A stretch of DNA of 64,000 bases from Takakia lepidozioides (lineage: Eukaryota; Plantae; Bryophyta). The position numbers and the translations under genes were made by a program. The notes under the pieces are model-generated. The model did not search any database. It was not told where the DNA came from and saw only the letters and a program-made list of their open reading frames with translations. Below, piece by piece: positions 1 to 13,720 of the stretch. Positions within the stretch are counted from its first letter, which is position 1; every line of letters begins with the position of its first letter. The stretch spans positions 28,830,001 through 28,894,000 of the forward strand of contig CM060734.1 of NCBI GenBank assembly GCA_030704615.1. The letters are read 5' to 3'.

Positions 1-344
1 AAACCAATTTTTACCGAAGGGGAAAAAGAAAACCGAATTGTCCTTGCTTTCCTAATCTGATTTTAGGGCGTCATCTGCTTAACTAAAAAGAAAAAGATTA
101 AGAAAAGAAAGAAAAAGGAAAAAAGATGAAAAGATAAAAAAAACCGTATGCAATGCTGTCTTTCGTATCTAAGTGTATTTGATGCAGCGTATAGTACGTG
201 GCCGTGGGTTTTCTCGGAAGGCGAAGAGGAAGTGCGTTGGAGTGATGGGGGAGATCGGGGTGGTGGAAGATTGACAAGCAGTTGGAGGATTTTGAGGGTT
301 TCGGTTTTTGAGCAAGTCATCAGTGAGGGCGACAGAGAGGGGAT

Positions 345-3208
345 ATGGATTCACTGCTGGCTAGCTATGGAAGCGACGATGAAGAAGACGAGGGGAAACA
401 GGAGACGTCCCAGGCTTTTTCTCAATGTTCGGACAAGTTGGACGCGCCTTCAGAGCCAGTCATCAAACGCTCCATCCTGGGCGCTCTTCCTCCTCCAAGA
501 AACCCTCAGAAGTCGATGCCTCCGAGGCATAAGTCATTAGATGCTCTAACAAGTCACAGAAGAGTCGGTGCAGCTCCCGCAGATGCTGTAGATGTGACGG
601 GCATGGATTCTGCGGGAGGAATGAAGAGATTGGGTTCACTATTCGCCTCCCTTCCCCAACCTCAAAATTCATGTCCCACTGTCCTAAGCCCGATCCTCTC
701 CGGAGAGTCTTGCCGGCATTTGAACAATGTACCAAAGACAGATGGCGAGTCGGATACATTGAAGGGAAGCTCCTTTGATGACAGTTCATCAGTGGTTTCA
801 AGTGGGGGAGTTACTAACTCATTGGCCTTCGGTCAATCGCTGCCAGAGAGATCGGGCAAGGTAGGTGCCTCGCTATTCAGATCACTGCCGCCCCCAAAGA
901 CTCAATCAGGAGGCGGAATCCAGCCATCTCAGAAACAGAAGGTTACATTCAGGCCACCCATCAACATGGCCCTTCTGGAATCCAAGGATGACGATGACTG
1001 GGAGCCTTCCAAAAAGCTGGCAAAGCCTGAATCTAGTACAACCAAGGGAAAAGGCGAGATTGGACTCGCAGCTCTCCTACCCGCCCCGAAGAATAGCTTG
1101 GGCGTAGGGGTCTCTCTGGGTAGCGGGGCAAGCCAGGGAGGGCGCCGAACCACAATGGAAACATCTTCGGAATTGGTAGTAGACCGGGATCCAGAACCTA
1201 TAGGAGAGGGTGAGGTTTCCAATGTAAGGGCTCCACAATCGTTTAGCACATTCATCGAGAGCGAGAGTGGGGCATCTCTAGCTACTGATGCAAGAAATCG
1301 GGAGAGCTTGTATCCACCACCTTATCAAGGATCTCCAGCTACCTTTCAGGTAAAATTGTGTTCAGTAGATTTTTTTGACATGATTTGACGTTTGATTGGA
1401 TGCAGTTTAAGGGAGACAGCTCTCTTAGTTTCTTGTTCACAGGTCTTTAAATTGTGGCTGCTTGAGAGTTTAAGTTCGACATTGTAATTGACTTCAGTAA
1501 GTGATGCCCTATGCCTTTTTTTGATCTGCAATTGTTCAGGAGTCCACCCAGTTGTGTTGGTCATTCGTACCCAGAGAGATAATGTACTCATAAGACGTTG
1601 TTTGCCGTAGCATTGTGGCAATAGACCCTGCGCCCAGTTTGGGCAGAACAGATACTACCTTTGTGGGTGGGCTCACTCCGGTAGGTGACTTACCCTTTTA
1701 AGACAATTAGTTTGGGTTTTCCAGATATCCTCTAGAAAGCCCTTCACATAAGCATCACCTTACTGTGTGTGCTGTCCAGCAATTAGATCCCAACAGGGCC
1801 AGGGCTTTGGCTCAGCCTGAAGATTTTCAAAGTTGGTGAAAGCAGAGGTGCAGGGACAATGTTTACCTGACAGAGACAGAGAGGGACAGAGAGAGATTTG
1901 TGTGTTGTCCTCCATAAACCATCGTTCCCCTCCCTACATGTGTCCCACATTCACTGCACATGGATTGCTTTGTTTTCTTAGATGGGAGGATGCTATTTGA
2001 ATTTGTTGTTTATATTAGAGGAATGTTTGTAAACTGTTAATGCTAAAGTGTGAGGACAACCATGCTCACTTAGAAGGATTGTGAACAGGATGCATACACA
2101 AAGGAGCAACAGTGGCCATCAGGAGGGGGCTACACCACAGATCAGGCTGACCTCACTATGTATCATGTGGGGGGGCAATATGATGCCAACAGCTGGCAGT
2201 ATCAGGGAGGTGGGGTGGGTTATTCCACACAACCAACCCAAGCACTGCCAAACATGCCCACAGTCGCACATGCATTGCAAGAGCCTGATGACCCAATTGC
2301 ACTAGTTTTAAAGGCGGAAAGGAGGAGAGGTCGGGAGGAGAAAATGCCACTCAATGTCATTGAGGTCAAGCAGGCAGACTTGACGGGCCCTAAACTTCGA
2401 GAGGATGAACTTCACACCACTGGAATTGCCTTCGGGCCGTCTTATCAGGTCTCCTTGCTCCCTCCTGGCCCATGTGTCTTCTCAAATGCTTTGTGGTGGT
2501 ATTAATGGGCTGTTTTTGTAGGTCTCATGGTTATGGTTGAATAGATGTCCACTGGATTTCATGTATGATTCACTCCTAATAGCATCCACAATTCCATAAT
2601 GTCAGGGTCCATTGTCCTTCGTACTGGTTTGCTGGTTGGTTGGGGTCCTTCCTTTGCTTGTCTTTTTGACATTTTTCTGTTTCAGGGTTTCATCTGCGTT
2701 CATTGTTGCTGTTTTGGAGTTTTTAGTCACTGCTACTTCACGGGGTGGTTTAATTGTTGTGTATTCTAAGAGAGGCAGCTCCAGTCATGTTTGTTCGTTT
2801 CTTAGATGTTTTTGCTTGGGATTGTCTCAATAATGTTTGTTTAGGGTTCTCTCTTCTGTCTGATTTGTTGTCGGAAAGGTTTACAAATGATTCTTGGATG
2901 ATTTTCTTTGTGCCTTGAATATGGTCCCCAGGTTCTCTTTTATTTGTCGACTGTGCACTTCACATGGGCATCTTTCTCTAGTGTAGAGATTACCTTTGGT
3001 TACTGTCAATATTCATTAAAATCTGTCATCCATTTTATTCTTGCAGCCAGTGGCATCAAACAAAGACAAGCCCTCAAAGCTTCAGCGGCGGAAGCATCAA
3101 ATTGGGTCCCTGTATTTTGACATGAGACAAAAGGAGATGGAATTAGTGGAGCGGCGCTCCAAAGGCCTAATGACCAAAGCCGAAACACAGGCGAAGTATG
3201 GGTGGTAA
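345..3208 (+). CDS. PRCC: PRCC-like proline-rich mitotic checkpoint/splicing-associated protein; exons 345-1349, 2089-2448, 3047-3208
   Basis: The N-terminus reads MDSLLASYGSDDEE and is followed by repeated LPPP(K/R) motifs. GT-AG introns join all exons in phase 0. The last exon encodes the conserved PRCC C-terminus PSKLQRRKHQIGSLYFDMRQKEMELVERRSKGLMTKAETQAKYGW*. Confidence 0.92.
1581..1855 (-). mobile_element. Short 3'-end fragment of a non-LTR retrotransposon (family A) in PRCC intron 1
   Basis: Clear similarity to 43584-43756 and 49150-49434. The minus strand gives a degenerate ...VKGFLEDIWKT... reading and ends in ...ATANNVL. Confidence 0.7.
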
Positions 3209-4463
3209 ACTTGTTGTATAACTGCGACATTGTCCAGAGTAATTTCATTTTTACAGTTTCCTTCCCCTCTCTCTTTCCATTCACTATTATGGCTTATTTT
3301 GGTGCTCCGATATAACCTGGTTTTTTATTGCCTATGTATCCCCTTTCAACAGTGCATATCTCTTTATCCTGGCCCATGTGGAATCCAGAATGAGTGTCTC
3401 AAAACCTTGCAATTATAGATTGTGACCCTGATGATCAATAATTGAAATCCGGAAGCCAAACATTGACATTTCTCTGGGACCATTCTTCAACTGGGGGGCT
3501 TGGCAGCCAGAACCATCTATGTTCAGGCCCTCAGTGTTGACTACATTCAATTCGCCGGTGGTGAGTCCGAGAGAAGTAACAAAGTATGTTGTAGAGGCCA
3601 TTTAATACCTGATCCACAATGTGGCGTCTGTTTTCTGTTAACCTCTTCATGGCAGGGGGATGGCCTCCACCCTAACAACCTGACCCAGGTGCCCTAGTGC
3701 TAAGAAAAAGATAGGAACTGAACTAGCAGGGGTTACAAATTTGAACTAGGGAAGTAAAGGAAACCACCACGGGAACCCACCGGGTTTTATCGTCTTATCC
3801 TCCTGGAGGACTACCTGTCTCATCAAGTAAAGAATACTACAAGAAAGTCTAACACCCCCGATTCTGAAGATCATTCCACATTTCTGTTTTGTCCACCCAG
3901 CATAGATTGCCTGGCACCATCTCATTTTCTGCATCCCCAAATGATTCCCTTTATTTATGTTGTTTCAACACTGGAGGCCGCTTCTTGATCATTTTAACAA
4001 CACTACATAGTACAGAGTACAGGTCAGTTCATCAACTACGAAATCATTCTCACGGATGCAAGAACCGCGCTCATGGAAGTCTTTATTGTCTCTACTTAGT
4101 CAACGCAGACTGGAGCTGGACTGAACTCAGATGTCATGACATCCCACCTTCATGTCTCGGTTTTTTGTTCAGTTTAGGATGAGAGGTTCACGATTATGAC
4201 TCCGACAGTGTGAGCAAGCGATTTACATGTATGTGTGTAAGACTAGAAGTCCCTCTGCAATTTTCCAAACGTTTCAGAAATCTTGTGAATCTTGGTCCCG
4301 GAAGGAGGTGGGAGGTATGGAGAATGAGAGCTGCCAGCCTGCCCTCCGCAGGTATCGATCGTTTGCGTTTTGTAGATAATGCATGGATGGATGAACGGCG
4401 TCCATGGAAGATTGGAGGCTTCCAAGGGCGCATCCGCTCGCATCTCTGCAGGGGAACTTGCAG

Positions 4464-4465
<2 letters not shown>

Positions 4466-4495
<30 letters not shown>
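4466..4495 (+). repeat. (CT)n microsatellite
   Basis: About 15 CT units, read directly. Confidence 0.95.
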
Positions 4496-4498
<3 letters not shown>

Positions 4499-4990
4499 CG
4501 CAGCGACAATGTGGCCCCTGGATTCGATCAATTGAGTGTATATTGTGGAAGGCTGTTGTTGTGTTCCTCCTTCTTTGGAATTCATCTTTTCTCAAAATCT
4601 TTGGAGTGCAGGTATCCTCTTTTGCTACGGAGCTACTCGCATTGCAAGTGATCTTGATGCCGACGCTTCTTGCGGAGGTGACTGGTCGTTAATGTATTAC
4701 TAATATAGTCGCTTGCAGTAGTGAAGACCAGATTCAAGGAAAGTCAGAGCTTTTGTTTGAATGCAATGATGCATCCGTTGATGCTATTAGAATGTTGCCA
4801 GGCATCGGTCAATAAAAAGCCCCAGGGGGTCGAGAAAACTTAGGATTGGTGTCCAAGCTCCTGTGCGTTGGCATGCGTACGAGTCGGGTGGAGACAACTG
4901 TTGAAGCATTCTGCTGCAATAGTGTCATTAAGCATTCTTTTGTTACATACAATGGAGCATTCCGAACTATGCAATGCTGCCAGGTATTCC

Positions 4991-5317
4991 TGTTGGAATT
5001 CGACAGAGAATAGAGATAAAAGATGAACTAATAACTGAGAACTCTCCACCCAACCATAGGACCACAACAAGCTGTGTCCACCCTCCGAGCTCTCCCTATT
5101 TATACTCAAAGTCTAATCCAGAAATAGCTGAGATAACTATAGCATAACTCCATGCTTTTACTTGAGTTATCTCCACCTGTTATTCTGGTACAATGACTTG
5201 AGTCACTAATAACTGAAGCTAATTTTAGCTATCTTTTAGTTAACCGAGGCTTATCTCTATTGTTAACTGTGACTTGTCAGTATGTCTGGTTGTAGATATG
5301 TTTAATTACTTCCAACA
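4991..5317 (-). repeat. Copia 3' LTR
   Basis: Direct repeat of 9474-9800 with about 8 substitutions by eye. Adjacent to the PPT. Confidence 0.97.
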
Positions 5318-5338
5318 CTCCCACTCAATTAAACCATA

Positions 5339-8300
5339 TCATTGAGCTACTTCGTTTGTCTTTGGAGAAAAGACACCAAGTAAGGTTGAACACTTCATGT
5401 GTTTTATTTGTGGTAGACTCTTCATCAAAACATCCGCAACCATATCTCCTGTAGCACAATAGATCATCTTGATCTCTCCCTTGCATACAACTTCCCGTAT
5501 GTAGTGATGTTGCACTTCAATGTGCTTCGTCCTTGAATGATATTTCGGATTCTGACTCAATGTAATCGCACTTTGATTGTCACAATAGAGAGTCGTAGGT
5601 AGTGATTGGAGATGATCCAAATCTCCAAGCAACTTCCGTAACCAAATACCCTCTTTTGCTACTTGTGTAATGGACATGTACTCAGCTTCTGTTGATGACA
5701 ACGCTGTTGCAACTTGTCGTTTACTAGACCAAGATACAGCTCCCATCTGCTAGGAGAAAACAATGGACAATGGCCTGAAGTTGATTTTCTACTATCAACG
5801 TCTCTTGCCCAGTCAGCATCAACAAACCCCAACAAACTTGGATCTTCCACTCTCTTATAGAGTAGACCAGAGGTTGATGTTCCTCTTAGATATTGAAATA
5901 TCTTCTTCACTGCTTTCCAATGGGTTTATCCGGGATTTGAAAGAAATTGTGAGACCACTCCCACTGAATGTGCAATGTCTGGCCTAGTACAAACCATGCA
6001 ATACATCAAACTGCCGACTGTGCTTTGATAAGGAGTTTTCCTCATATCTTCTTGCTCTTCTTGAGTCTTAGGTGCCATATCCTTCGTAAGTTTCAAACCA
6101 ACTTCGAGAGGAGTTGATGTTGGCTTACTCATCTCCAACTTAAACATTTGTAGAATTGTCTCAATGTATGATGCATGAATATTGTATGGTTCACTCGATC
6201 TCTGCTGATTTGAATACCAAGACAGAACCGAATCTCACCCATGTCCGTCATGGCAAACTCAACACTCAACAGTGCTTTGGTTTCTGGCAACAACCTTTGA
6301 TGATCGTTGGTGACAATGATTGTGTTATCCACATATAGAACTATGACCACAAATTGTTTCCCATCTTTTTCACATAGATGTTTGTGTCAGCAATGCTTCG
6401 TTCAAATCTTGCCTTTAAGAGGTAAGCATCGATCATAGCATACCAGGCTCGAGGACTTTGTTTGAGTCCATACAAACTCTTTTGCAGCTTACACACAATA
6501 TCACTTCCTCCTTGTGCAAACCCTTCAGGTTGTCTCATGTAGATCTCTTCTTGTAGTTCTCCATTCAGAAATGCGGTCTTAACATCCATTTGATGAACTT
6601 CGTGATCATGTTGAGCTGCAAGAGCTAACAACACTCTGATAGAAGAAATCTTCACCACTGGTGAGAAGGTTTCATTGTAATCCACTCCTTTAATTTGTGC
6701 ATAGCCTTTAGCTACAAGACGAGCTTTGTACCGGTAAATAGATCCATCAGCTTTGTACTTCAACTTAAAGATCCACTTGCAACCAATGGCTTTTCGTCCT
6801 GTAGGCAACCTAGTGAGTGTCCATGCTTTGTTTTGCATCAATGAATCCAACTCTGAGTTGATTGCTTCTTCCCATTGTAGGTTGTCTGGAGAGCGCATCG
6901 CTTCCTCATATGTAGCAGGCTCAACCACTTGTGATGCTTCTTCCATAGCTTCAATGGCACTCATAGATATAATCAGCCTACTATGAGCTTTTCTTTCCCG
7001 CTGAGATCTCCTTAGAATTGGCACATCTTCAACTTCATCTCTAGAATCCATATCAACAAGTGGTTCACCAACTTCGACCCCTTGATCAACTCCATCAAGT
7101 TGAACACCTCCATCATTTGCTTCAGCCATCTCTTGTATTGGCTCCTCATAAGACTCATCTTGGAAATGGTGTAATGGCTCTAAGCTCATTCCCATATCAT
7201 CTTCTCCCACTACCAAAGATGGTATGAAGCTTTCATCAAACACTACGTCCCTACTGTGTTTGACAGCCTTAGTTGTCTTATTGAACAACTTATATCCCTT
7301 TACACCTTCTGTGTAGCCAATGAAGATGCATCCTTCTGATTTGGAGTCAAGTTTTATTCGCTTCTGAATAGGGATATGGACATATGCACGACATCCAAAA
7401 ATCCTACATTGAGCCACACTAGGCTTCTGACCACTCCATACCTCTTCTGGTGTTTTTCCCAACACTGATTTGGTAGGTATTCTGTTGTGAAGATATGCTG
7501 CAGTGCCAACAGCTTCTGCCCAAAAATGATTTGAAAGATTCAATTCTTTCAACATACTCCTTGCAGATTCTTGTAGTGATCTATTCATCCGCTCAGCTAC
7601 ACCATTCTGCTCAAGTGTATATGGAACAGTAAACTGTCGAGCTATTCCATTCTCTTGACAAAACTGATTGAAAGCCTTTGAGATGTACTCACCACCATTG
7701 TCCGATCTCAAAATCTTAAGAGGCTTTCCAGTTTGTTTTTCTGCAAGTACTTTGAACTCATTGAATTTCTCTAGCACTTGACTTTTCTGCCTTAGGAAAT
7801 TCACCACAACCCTCCTTGACAAATCATCAATGAATGTCACAAAGTACCTTGCTCCTCCAAGTGATGTGGTTTGCATTGGCCCGCACACATCAGAATGTAC
7901 AATCTCCAATATACGTGTGGCTCTTCGTCCACCATCCTTAGGAAATTGATCTTGATGTTGCTTCCCTTCAAAGCAACCTTTGCATAGACGCATATCGCTC
8001 ATCGCTCATCTCCTTCCATAAGATGGCTTGAGAATTGCATCTGTCTCAACTTCTTAAAACTCACATGACCTAACCTTCTATGCCACAACTTTGTTTCTGA
8101 CATGACAGGTGTAGATCCCAACTGTGGTGAAAATGTGGTAAGAGCACTAGAGACATGATGTTGTAATCTATACAAGCAATTATCAAGAATAGCTCTTGCT
8201 ACCACAGCTCCTGAGCTATCTGTGATAATACAACTCTCATCTTGGAATACCACTATGTATCCCTTTGCAACAATTTGCCTTACAGACAGCAGGTTCTTTG

Positions 8301-9418
8301 TTAAAGTAGGGACATGTATGACATTTTTCATCTCTATGGTTTCCCCTTCATTGAGCATAAGAGAGACTGAGCCTTCCCCACCAATGACATGTTTGCTATC
8401 ATCTCCCAAAAGAACATATTGTGTAGGTGAAAGAGATCTATAGGATAAGAAATGCTCTCTCTCTGAACTCATATGTTGAGATGCTCCTAAATCAACATAC
8501 CACACATGTTTCTGTCTAGTAGTGGCTGAGAGAGACACAACAAATAGAATAGTATTCCTCTGATGAGTAGCTATGTTTCCTTGACTCTCTCTGCTGCGCT
8601 CATCTGCAATGCGCTTTCTACAATCCTTGATCATATGACCAAGTTTCTTGCAATAAAAGCACCTTACTTTGGCCTTTTTGATCTTTGAGCTAGATTGAGG
8701 TTTCTGAAACCTCTGGGACTTCTGAGACATATGTGAAGGGAGTCTTCTATTCAAGACTACTCCAGTCTTGCCTGTGAACAAAGCTTTGTCTACCTTTGTA
8801 GACGTACCTTGACCTTTTTTTCTTGTTTCTTCCTTGAGGAGAAATCCTATGACAACATCAATAGTTAAGTTGGTTTATCCTGCTAGAGACACCACAAGAC
8901 CATCATAGGATTCAGGTAAGGTTGCCAATAACACCATTGCGGCGTGTTCATCAGTCACATTAGTTCCCACAGAGACTAGTTGATCTCGCAACACACAAAA
9001 CAAATTCAAGTGTTGTTCAACTGAGTCTGACTCGGTCATCTTCAGACCATAGAACTTTTGCGTTGCATACACTTGCGATGTGACATCCTTCGTCTCATAT
9101 ATGCTTGTTAGCTTGTCCCAAACATCCTTAGCATTCTTAGCACTTATAATGAGATGCAACTGTTTGTCTCTCAAGCTTGTGAGCTCTTACTTTCCGATCT
9201 TTCCTATCCCATATGGCTTGGCCAACAATAGTGTCAGATCTTGGGACTGATCCATCAACCACTCCCCATAGATCTTTGTCTAGAAGGACCATCTCCATCC
9301 TAAACTTCCAGGTTTGATAGTTAGCTCCATTGAATCGATCTTCCACTCTCACATCTAATGCACTCGTCATAGACATAGAAGGAGTATTGCTAGAAGACGA
9401 CACTCCAGCCATAATCAA
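5339..9418 (-). pseudogene. Copia gag-pol polyprotein, broken by stops and frameshifts
   Basis: Split across ORFs 9137-9418, 8875-9174, 7999-8781, 6341-8002, 6129-6350, 5926-6147, 5659-5910 and 5339-5746 in changing frames. Confidence 0.95.
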
Positions 9419-9473
9419 GTTCTCTCAATCTCAACTACCAACCCTCACCTAGAGAAGAATAGCTCTGATACCA

Positions 9474-9800
9474 TGTTGGAATTCGACAGAGAATAGAGAT
9501 AAAAGATGAACTGATTACTGAGAACTCTCCACCCAACCATAGGACCACAACAAGCTGTGTCCACCCTTCGAGCTCTCCCTATTTATACTCAAAGTCTAAT
9601 CCAGAAATAGCTGAGATAACTATAGCATAACTCCATGCTTTTACTTAAGTTATCTCCACCTGCTATTCTGGTACAATGACTTGAGTCACTAATAATTGAA
9701 GCTAACTTTAGCTATCTTTTAGCTAACCGAGGCTTATCTCTATTGTTAACTGTGACTTGTCAGTATGTCTGGTTGTAGATATGTTTAATTACTTCCAACA
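9474..9800 (-). repeat. Copia 5' LTR
   Basis: Direct repeat of 4991-5317, followed on the minus strand by the iMet PBS. Confidence 0.97.
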
Positions 9801-10201
9801 ATTCCCTATGGAACACAGTAGGGAATCAAGGAAAGTATAGGATTGGTCTGCAGGCTCATGGTTGTTGATATTTGTCTCACTGTGGTGGCCAGAGGATAAC
9901 AATGTTGATTAGACGTGCACCTCGAAGAGTGATGGGATTTATTTTCCAGTAGACCTTGTTGGATGGATATTCTACTAAACAGGAGATCGTCAGTGTGTGT
10001 GTCCGATGACATATCAAGAAATCATTATGCGCCCCGAAGTGTTTATTGGTCGTCATCAACACACGAACTTGGATCTGACAGCAGAGAAGATGAAGCTTCT
10101 AAGTGACCGTTTCTTTGCACCGCATTTCAATTGGTTTCTCAGCTGTCAAATATGGGACTTTAACGTCTGCCGCTCGAATGTGCCGCACTCCGATACTGGT
10201 C

Positions 10202-11420
10202 ATGGCATCGTCAATCTCAGCTCACATAATTAAGCCGAGCTTTTCATTCAGCTCGGCTGAGGCGTCGGGGGACTCGAATATCTTCCTACGGAGAAAATGC
10301 CAACGAAGGCAAGCGTTTCTCTCTAAGAACGTCAGTAACATGAAGTTGAAGCTGGCAACAAGGAGAATACACCCATGCCGGGGGCAGGCAGGAACATGGA
10401 CACAACATCTAGGGAATGTGGACAGCATGATGAATTGCAGGACTTATCTCAATCCAACTACTGCTGATCGGGAAAAAGAGGGTGCCATGGTGTACCGGCG
10501 CACAGTATATGATCATGAGGCTTGGATGCGGCACCGTAGCAGTACAAGGCATGGCAGGCATATACTCTCAATTGCATCATCTCGTGTTGTTCTTGCTTTA
10601 GGGCCGCCAGTATTTTCACTTACAGGGATTGTTGCCGCCATTGCAGACTACAATGAGGTTGTCCTTGCTCACACTCTACCCCATTGGTTTCCTCTCCTCC
10701 ATGTTTCTGCCTTACCTTTTTGGCTCACAGCACCCGCACTGGCCTTGTTGCTAGTTTTCCGCACAAACGCTTCCTATGGGAGGTTTGATGAGGAAGAAAG
10801 GCGTGAGGATCAACAGTCAACAAGCATTGACCTGGATAAAAAACCCGGGAGATGCTTACAAGTTGCAATGCTTCTTGCGTCATGTTGCAGCATTCGCATA
10901 TTGTTTGAAAGACCATATAGCACGCGAGGAGGACTTGAAGGTGGAGTTAACAGGGTTGCTGGATCAGGAGGAGATGGACTCAGTGTTGGCATCAACACAT
11001 CGACCGAACTATGTCTTGCAAATGATGTCAGAGATCATCCATTCATGCAATTTGTCTGAAATGGAGAAAGCAACTATGGATGGAAACATCACGCAGTTTC
11101 ATGACGACCTGGGTACATGTGAGCGCATATTTAAGACGCCCATTCCCTTATCCTACACGCGCCTGACTTCAAGGTTCTTGGTCATCTGGCACCTTGCACT
11201 GCCGCCGGCTCTGTGGGATCAATGCAGCTGGATTGTGGTCCCTGCCACATTCTTGAGTGCTGCTGCCCTCTTCTGTATTGATGAGGTTGGAGTACTGATC
11301 GAGGAGCCATTCCCGATGCTGGCGCTTACATCCATTTGCTCATCCCTACCACAAAATGTGGAAGGCTTGGTTGTCTCACAAGGAAGCCACGCAGCTGCAG
11401 GGCCTACAGCAAGCACCTAA
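10202..11420 (+). pseudogene. Bestrophin-like / UPF0187 (VCCN-type thylakoid anion channel) gene, intronless and disrupted
   Basis: Motifs RRTVYDHEAWMRHRSSTRH, LTAPALALLLVFRTNASYGRFDE, CERIFKTPIPLSYTRLTSRFL and IDEVGVLIEEPF, plus a transit-peptide-like N-terminus. At ~10793-10825 the expected RKAWG...RQALTW segment shows a frameshift, a TGG>TGA stop (10804) and an apparent short deletion. Confidence 0.85.
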
Positions 11421-13720
11421 GCAGGGGGAAGGTAAGAGGCTTTCAAAAACGGACATCTCATATATTTGCAGGGGTCCTGGAGTTGACAGGTCAACATACT
11501 TGCATGATTGTTGTTGTAGATTTTTCTGAAAAGCTCAGGCATCTATCTAACTTGTAACCAATTGAATCGTTTGAACAGTTGTAATTAGAAAATGGCACAT
11601 GCCAGGATGTGCCTTCTTGATCATTGAATGCTGTTTCGCCTAAAGACTCTAATGCCCCAGGTACCCAATCTGGTGAGACGGTGCACCGCCCACTTGCCAG
11701 TTGACACTGCCCTATTCTGTAGTGCATTCACTGACATTGACGTCACTGATAACTGCTGCCTCCACCAAATGGAGCTGTGCCCACAAACTCTCACGTGCCA
11801 GAGAAATGCATTTGAACTCAATAATTTGTGCACGCTATGGTGGAGACCCTGATGACGAAGAAAGTAAGGTGGGGCCGTTGGAGCTGTGGCGATAGAGGAG
11901 CCCTGCGTGGCCTAGCCCTCGAGCAGTTTCTGGAGAACCAGGTTTATCTCTTCCCATGAGAAAATCCAAGTAGACCTACTTGAACCAGAAACAAAATCAT
12001 CATGGAGATGCCTCGGCAATCACAGGTAAAATGACTTGAATTCTTCCTCCACCAAACTGAAATCATCATGTGGAGCTCCACAAGATTACACACCTGCAGC
12101 AACAAAAGCAGCCAATGCAATGTATGTGGATCAGCACATCCAGTTCAATTATATATGCAAATGAACATGTTCAGAGTCAACATTTAATACCGGGCAACTT
12201 CCCACATCGCCCTAGCCCCTTCAAGGGAATCCCATTACAAAAACATGGTCTAAAGCTAAGTATTCTTGACTCATTTTCCTTTGAAAGGTATACATTGCCA
12301 CCATTCCTTTACAATAGTGATCACATTCTAGAAAAACAACCAGGCCAAAAGTTCATCCAAATACCTATATATATAGATAGAAGACCAAGATCAGGACATC
12401 CAAGAACGGATTAGATTGCTGTAAGTGGGATGGAGCTTGGACTTAAATATGTCCACACACCGCACTTGAGACATGAGACAAGTTGCTCTGTCTTGCATTG
12501 GTGACCCCTCTGCCTACAGCATCCTCACAAGATAAGAGAAGGCACAATTACACGCTATGAAGTTCCTGTAAGGTCGATCTAGATTGCCAACCTGCCTTTG
12601 CCTAATTTTGAACCTTCCACAATCTGCAATTTCGTATGCCATAGTATCATTGAAATTCCGATTACCATATTACATCTAGAACCACTTGTGTTGAGCACGT
12701 ATCCTGACAGCCACCCCTTAACAAAAGATCTGGACCAGTACAGCTAGGGAAATCAGGTTAGCACCGATGCAGAATGCAGGTCCTGTGGAGAACTCGACTT
12801 GAAGGCCCACTTGCAACACAGACCATGACAGCTAGATCCCTTCTCAAGGGGTCGCCAAGGGAGACTATATATCTCAGCTAAGGGTCTATGAATGCTGCTG
12901 TGTTCGTGGCCCATGTAGAAGTTTTATATTTTTTGTAGCGGGTATGCAGACAACAACATTGTCTTCCTACAGAGCTCCTTTATCAAGATGCAGAGCTGAC
13001 TGAACATAGCACATATAGATAATTTCAATTAAACCCCTAGGAAGATCTTGGAATGGCTGTTGATGAGAATTTGAAAACCAACCTAATTAGAGAAGGAGAA
13101 ACCAGATGAACCTCATGCTATCCTAAGCCTGGAGGCAGGGTATGCATTGAGTGGGTTCTCCAAGTGCCATACCCAAGCCCAGGTGTGGAGCTTGCTGCAC
13201 TACGTTTTTACACAGGAGAAAGGCACAAATAAATATTCCAGCATAGCTTTACTCTGACCATGGTAACTCTTTGTGTGTGGTCTTGGCTGGTTGATCCATC
13301 AAGGCTACTGCGTCTATGTAGCCTCTTGTGCGAAGGCAAGGCCCACCCCACCTCTGTAGGGACCATTTAGCGCAGTCACAAACATACAAAACGAGTCTTG
13401 GCTGATTGAGATGGCAATTGATTGGTTGCAGATGTGAACCTATGGTGTGGTCAAATGGCAAATGGCTGGCCTATCTGTTGGAAGCCTCACTGAGATGGAG
13501 CTTGAATTTTGTTCACGTAGAAGGATTCGCTAGGAGAACAGTCTCTGACCACTTTTTACTTTTATGTGCACTGTAGACTAAGCGCCAATAATTTGTTTTT
13601 GTTGCACTCTTTTCTTAGTTATCGCCTGGACTAAAAAGGGAATTTGATATCCTCAACTCGACCACCCAGAAACTGCTTTCTAGTTTTTACAGATCTTTTG
13701 ATCAAACAACAGTAATAGAA

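Larger units (their letters stand above)
4991..9800 (-). mobile_element. Full-length Ty1/Copia LTR retrotransposon with a degenerate gag-pol
   Basis: 327-bp LTRs with TG...CA ends at 4991-5317 and 9474-9800. 5-bp TSD ATTCC at 4986-4990 and 9801-9805. tRNA-iMet PBS TGGTATCAGAGC at 9462-9473 (-). PPT at ~5318-5330. Domain order is gag (CFYCKKLGHMIKDC), protease (WYVDLGASQH), integrase (HSDVCGP, RSDNGGEY, QNGVAER), RT (QMDVKTAFL, LYVDN), RNase H (ALSSTEAEY, CDNQSA). Confidence 0.98.

Noticed and set aside
4194-4692. Overlapping ORFs with SLSLSL/RERERE runs
   Set aside because: They are produced by the (CT)n microsatellite, with no other coding evidence.
11500-13700. Short ORFs suggesting gene remnants
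   Set aside because: I could not support any recognisable motif or consistent exon chain.
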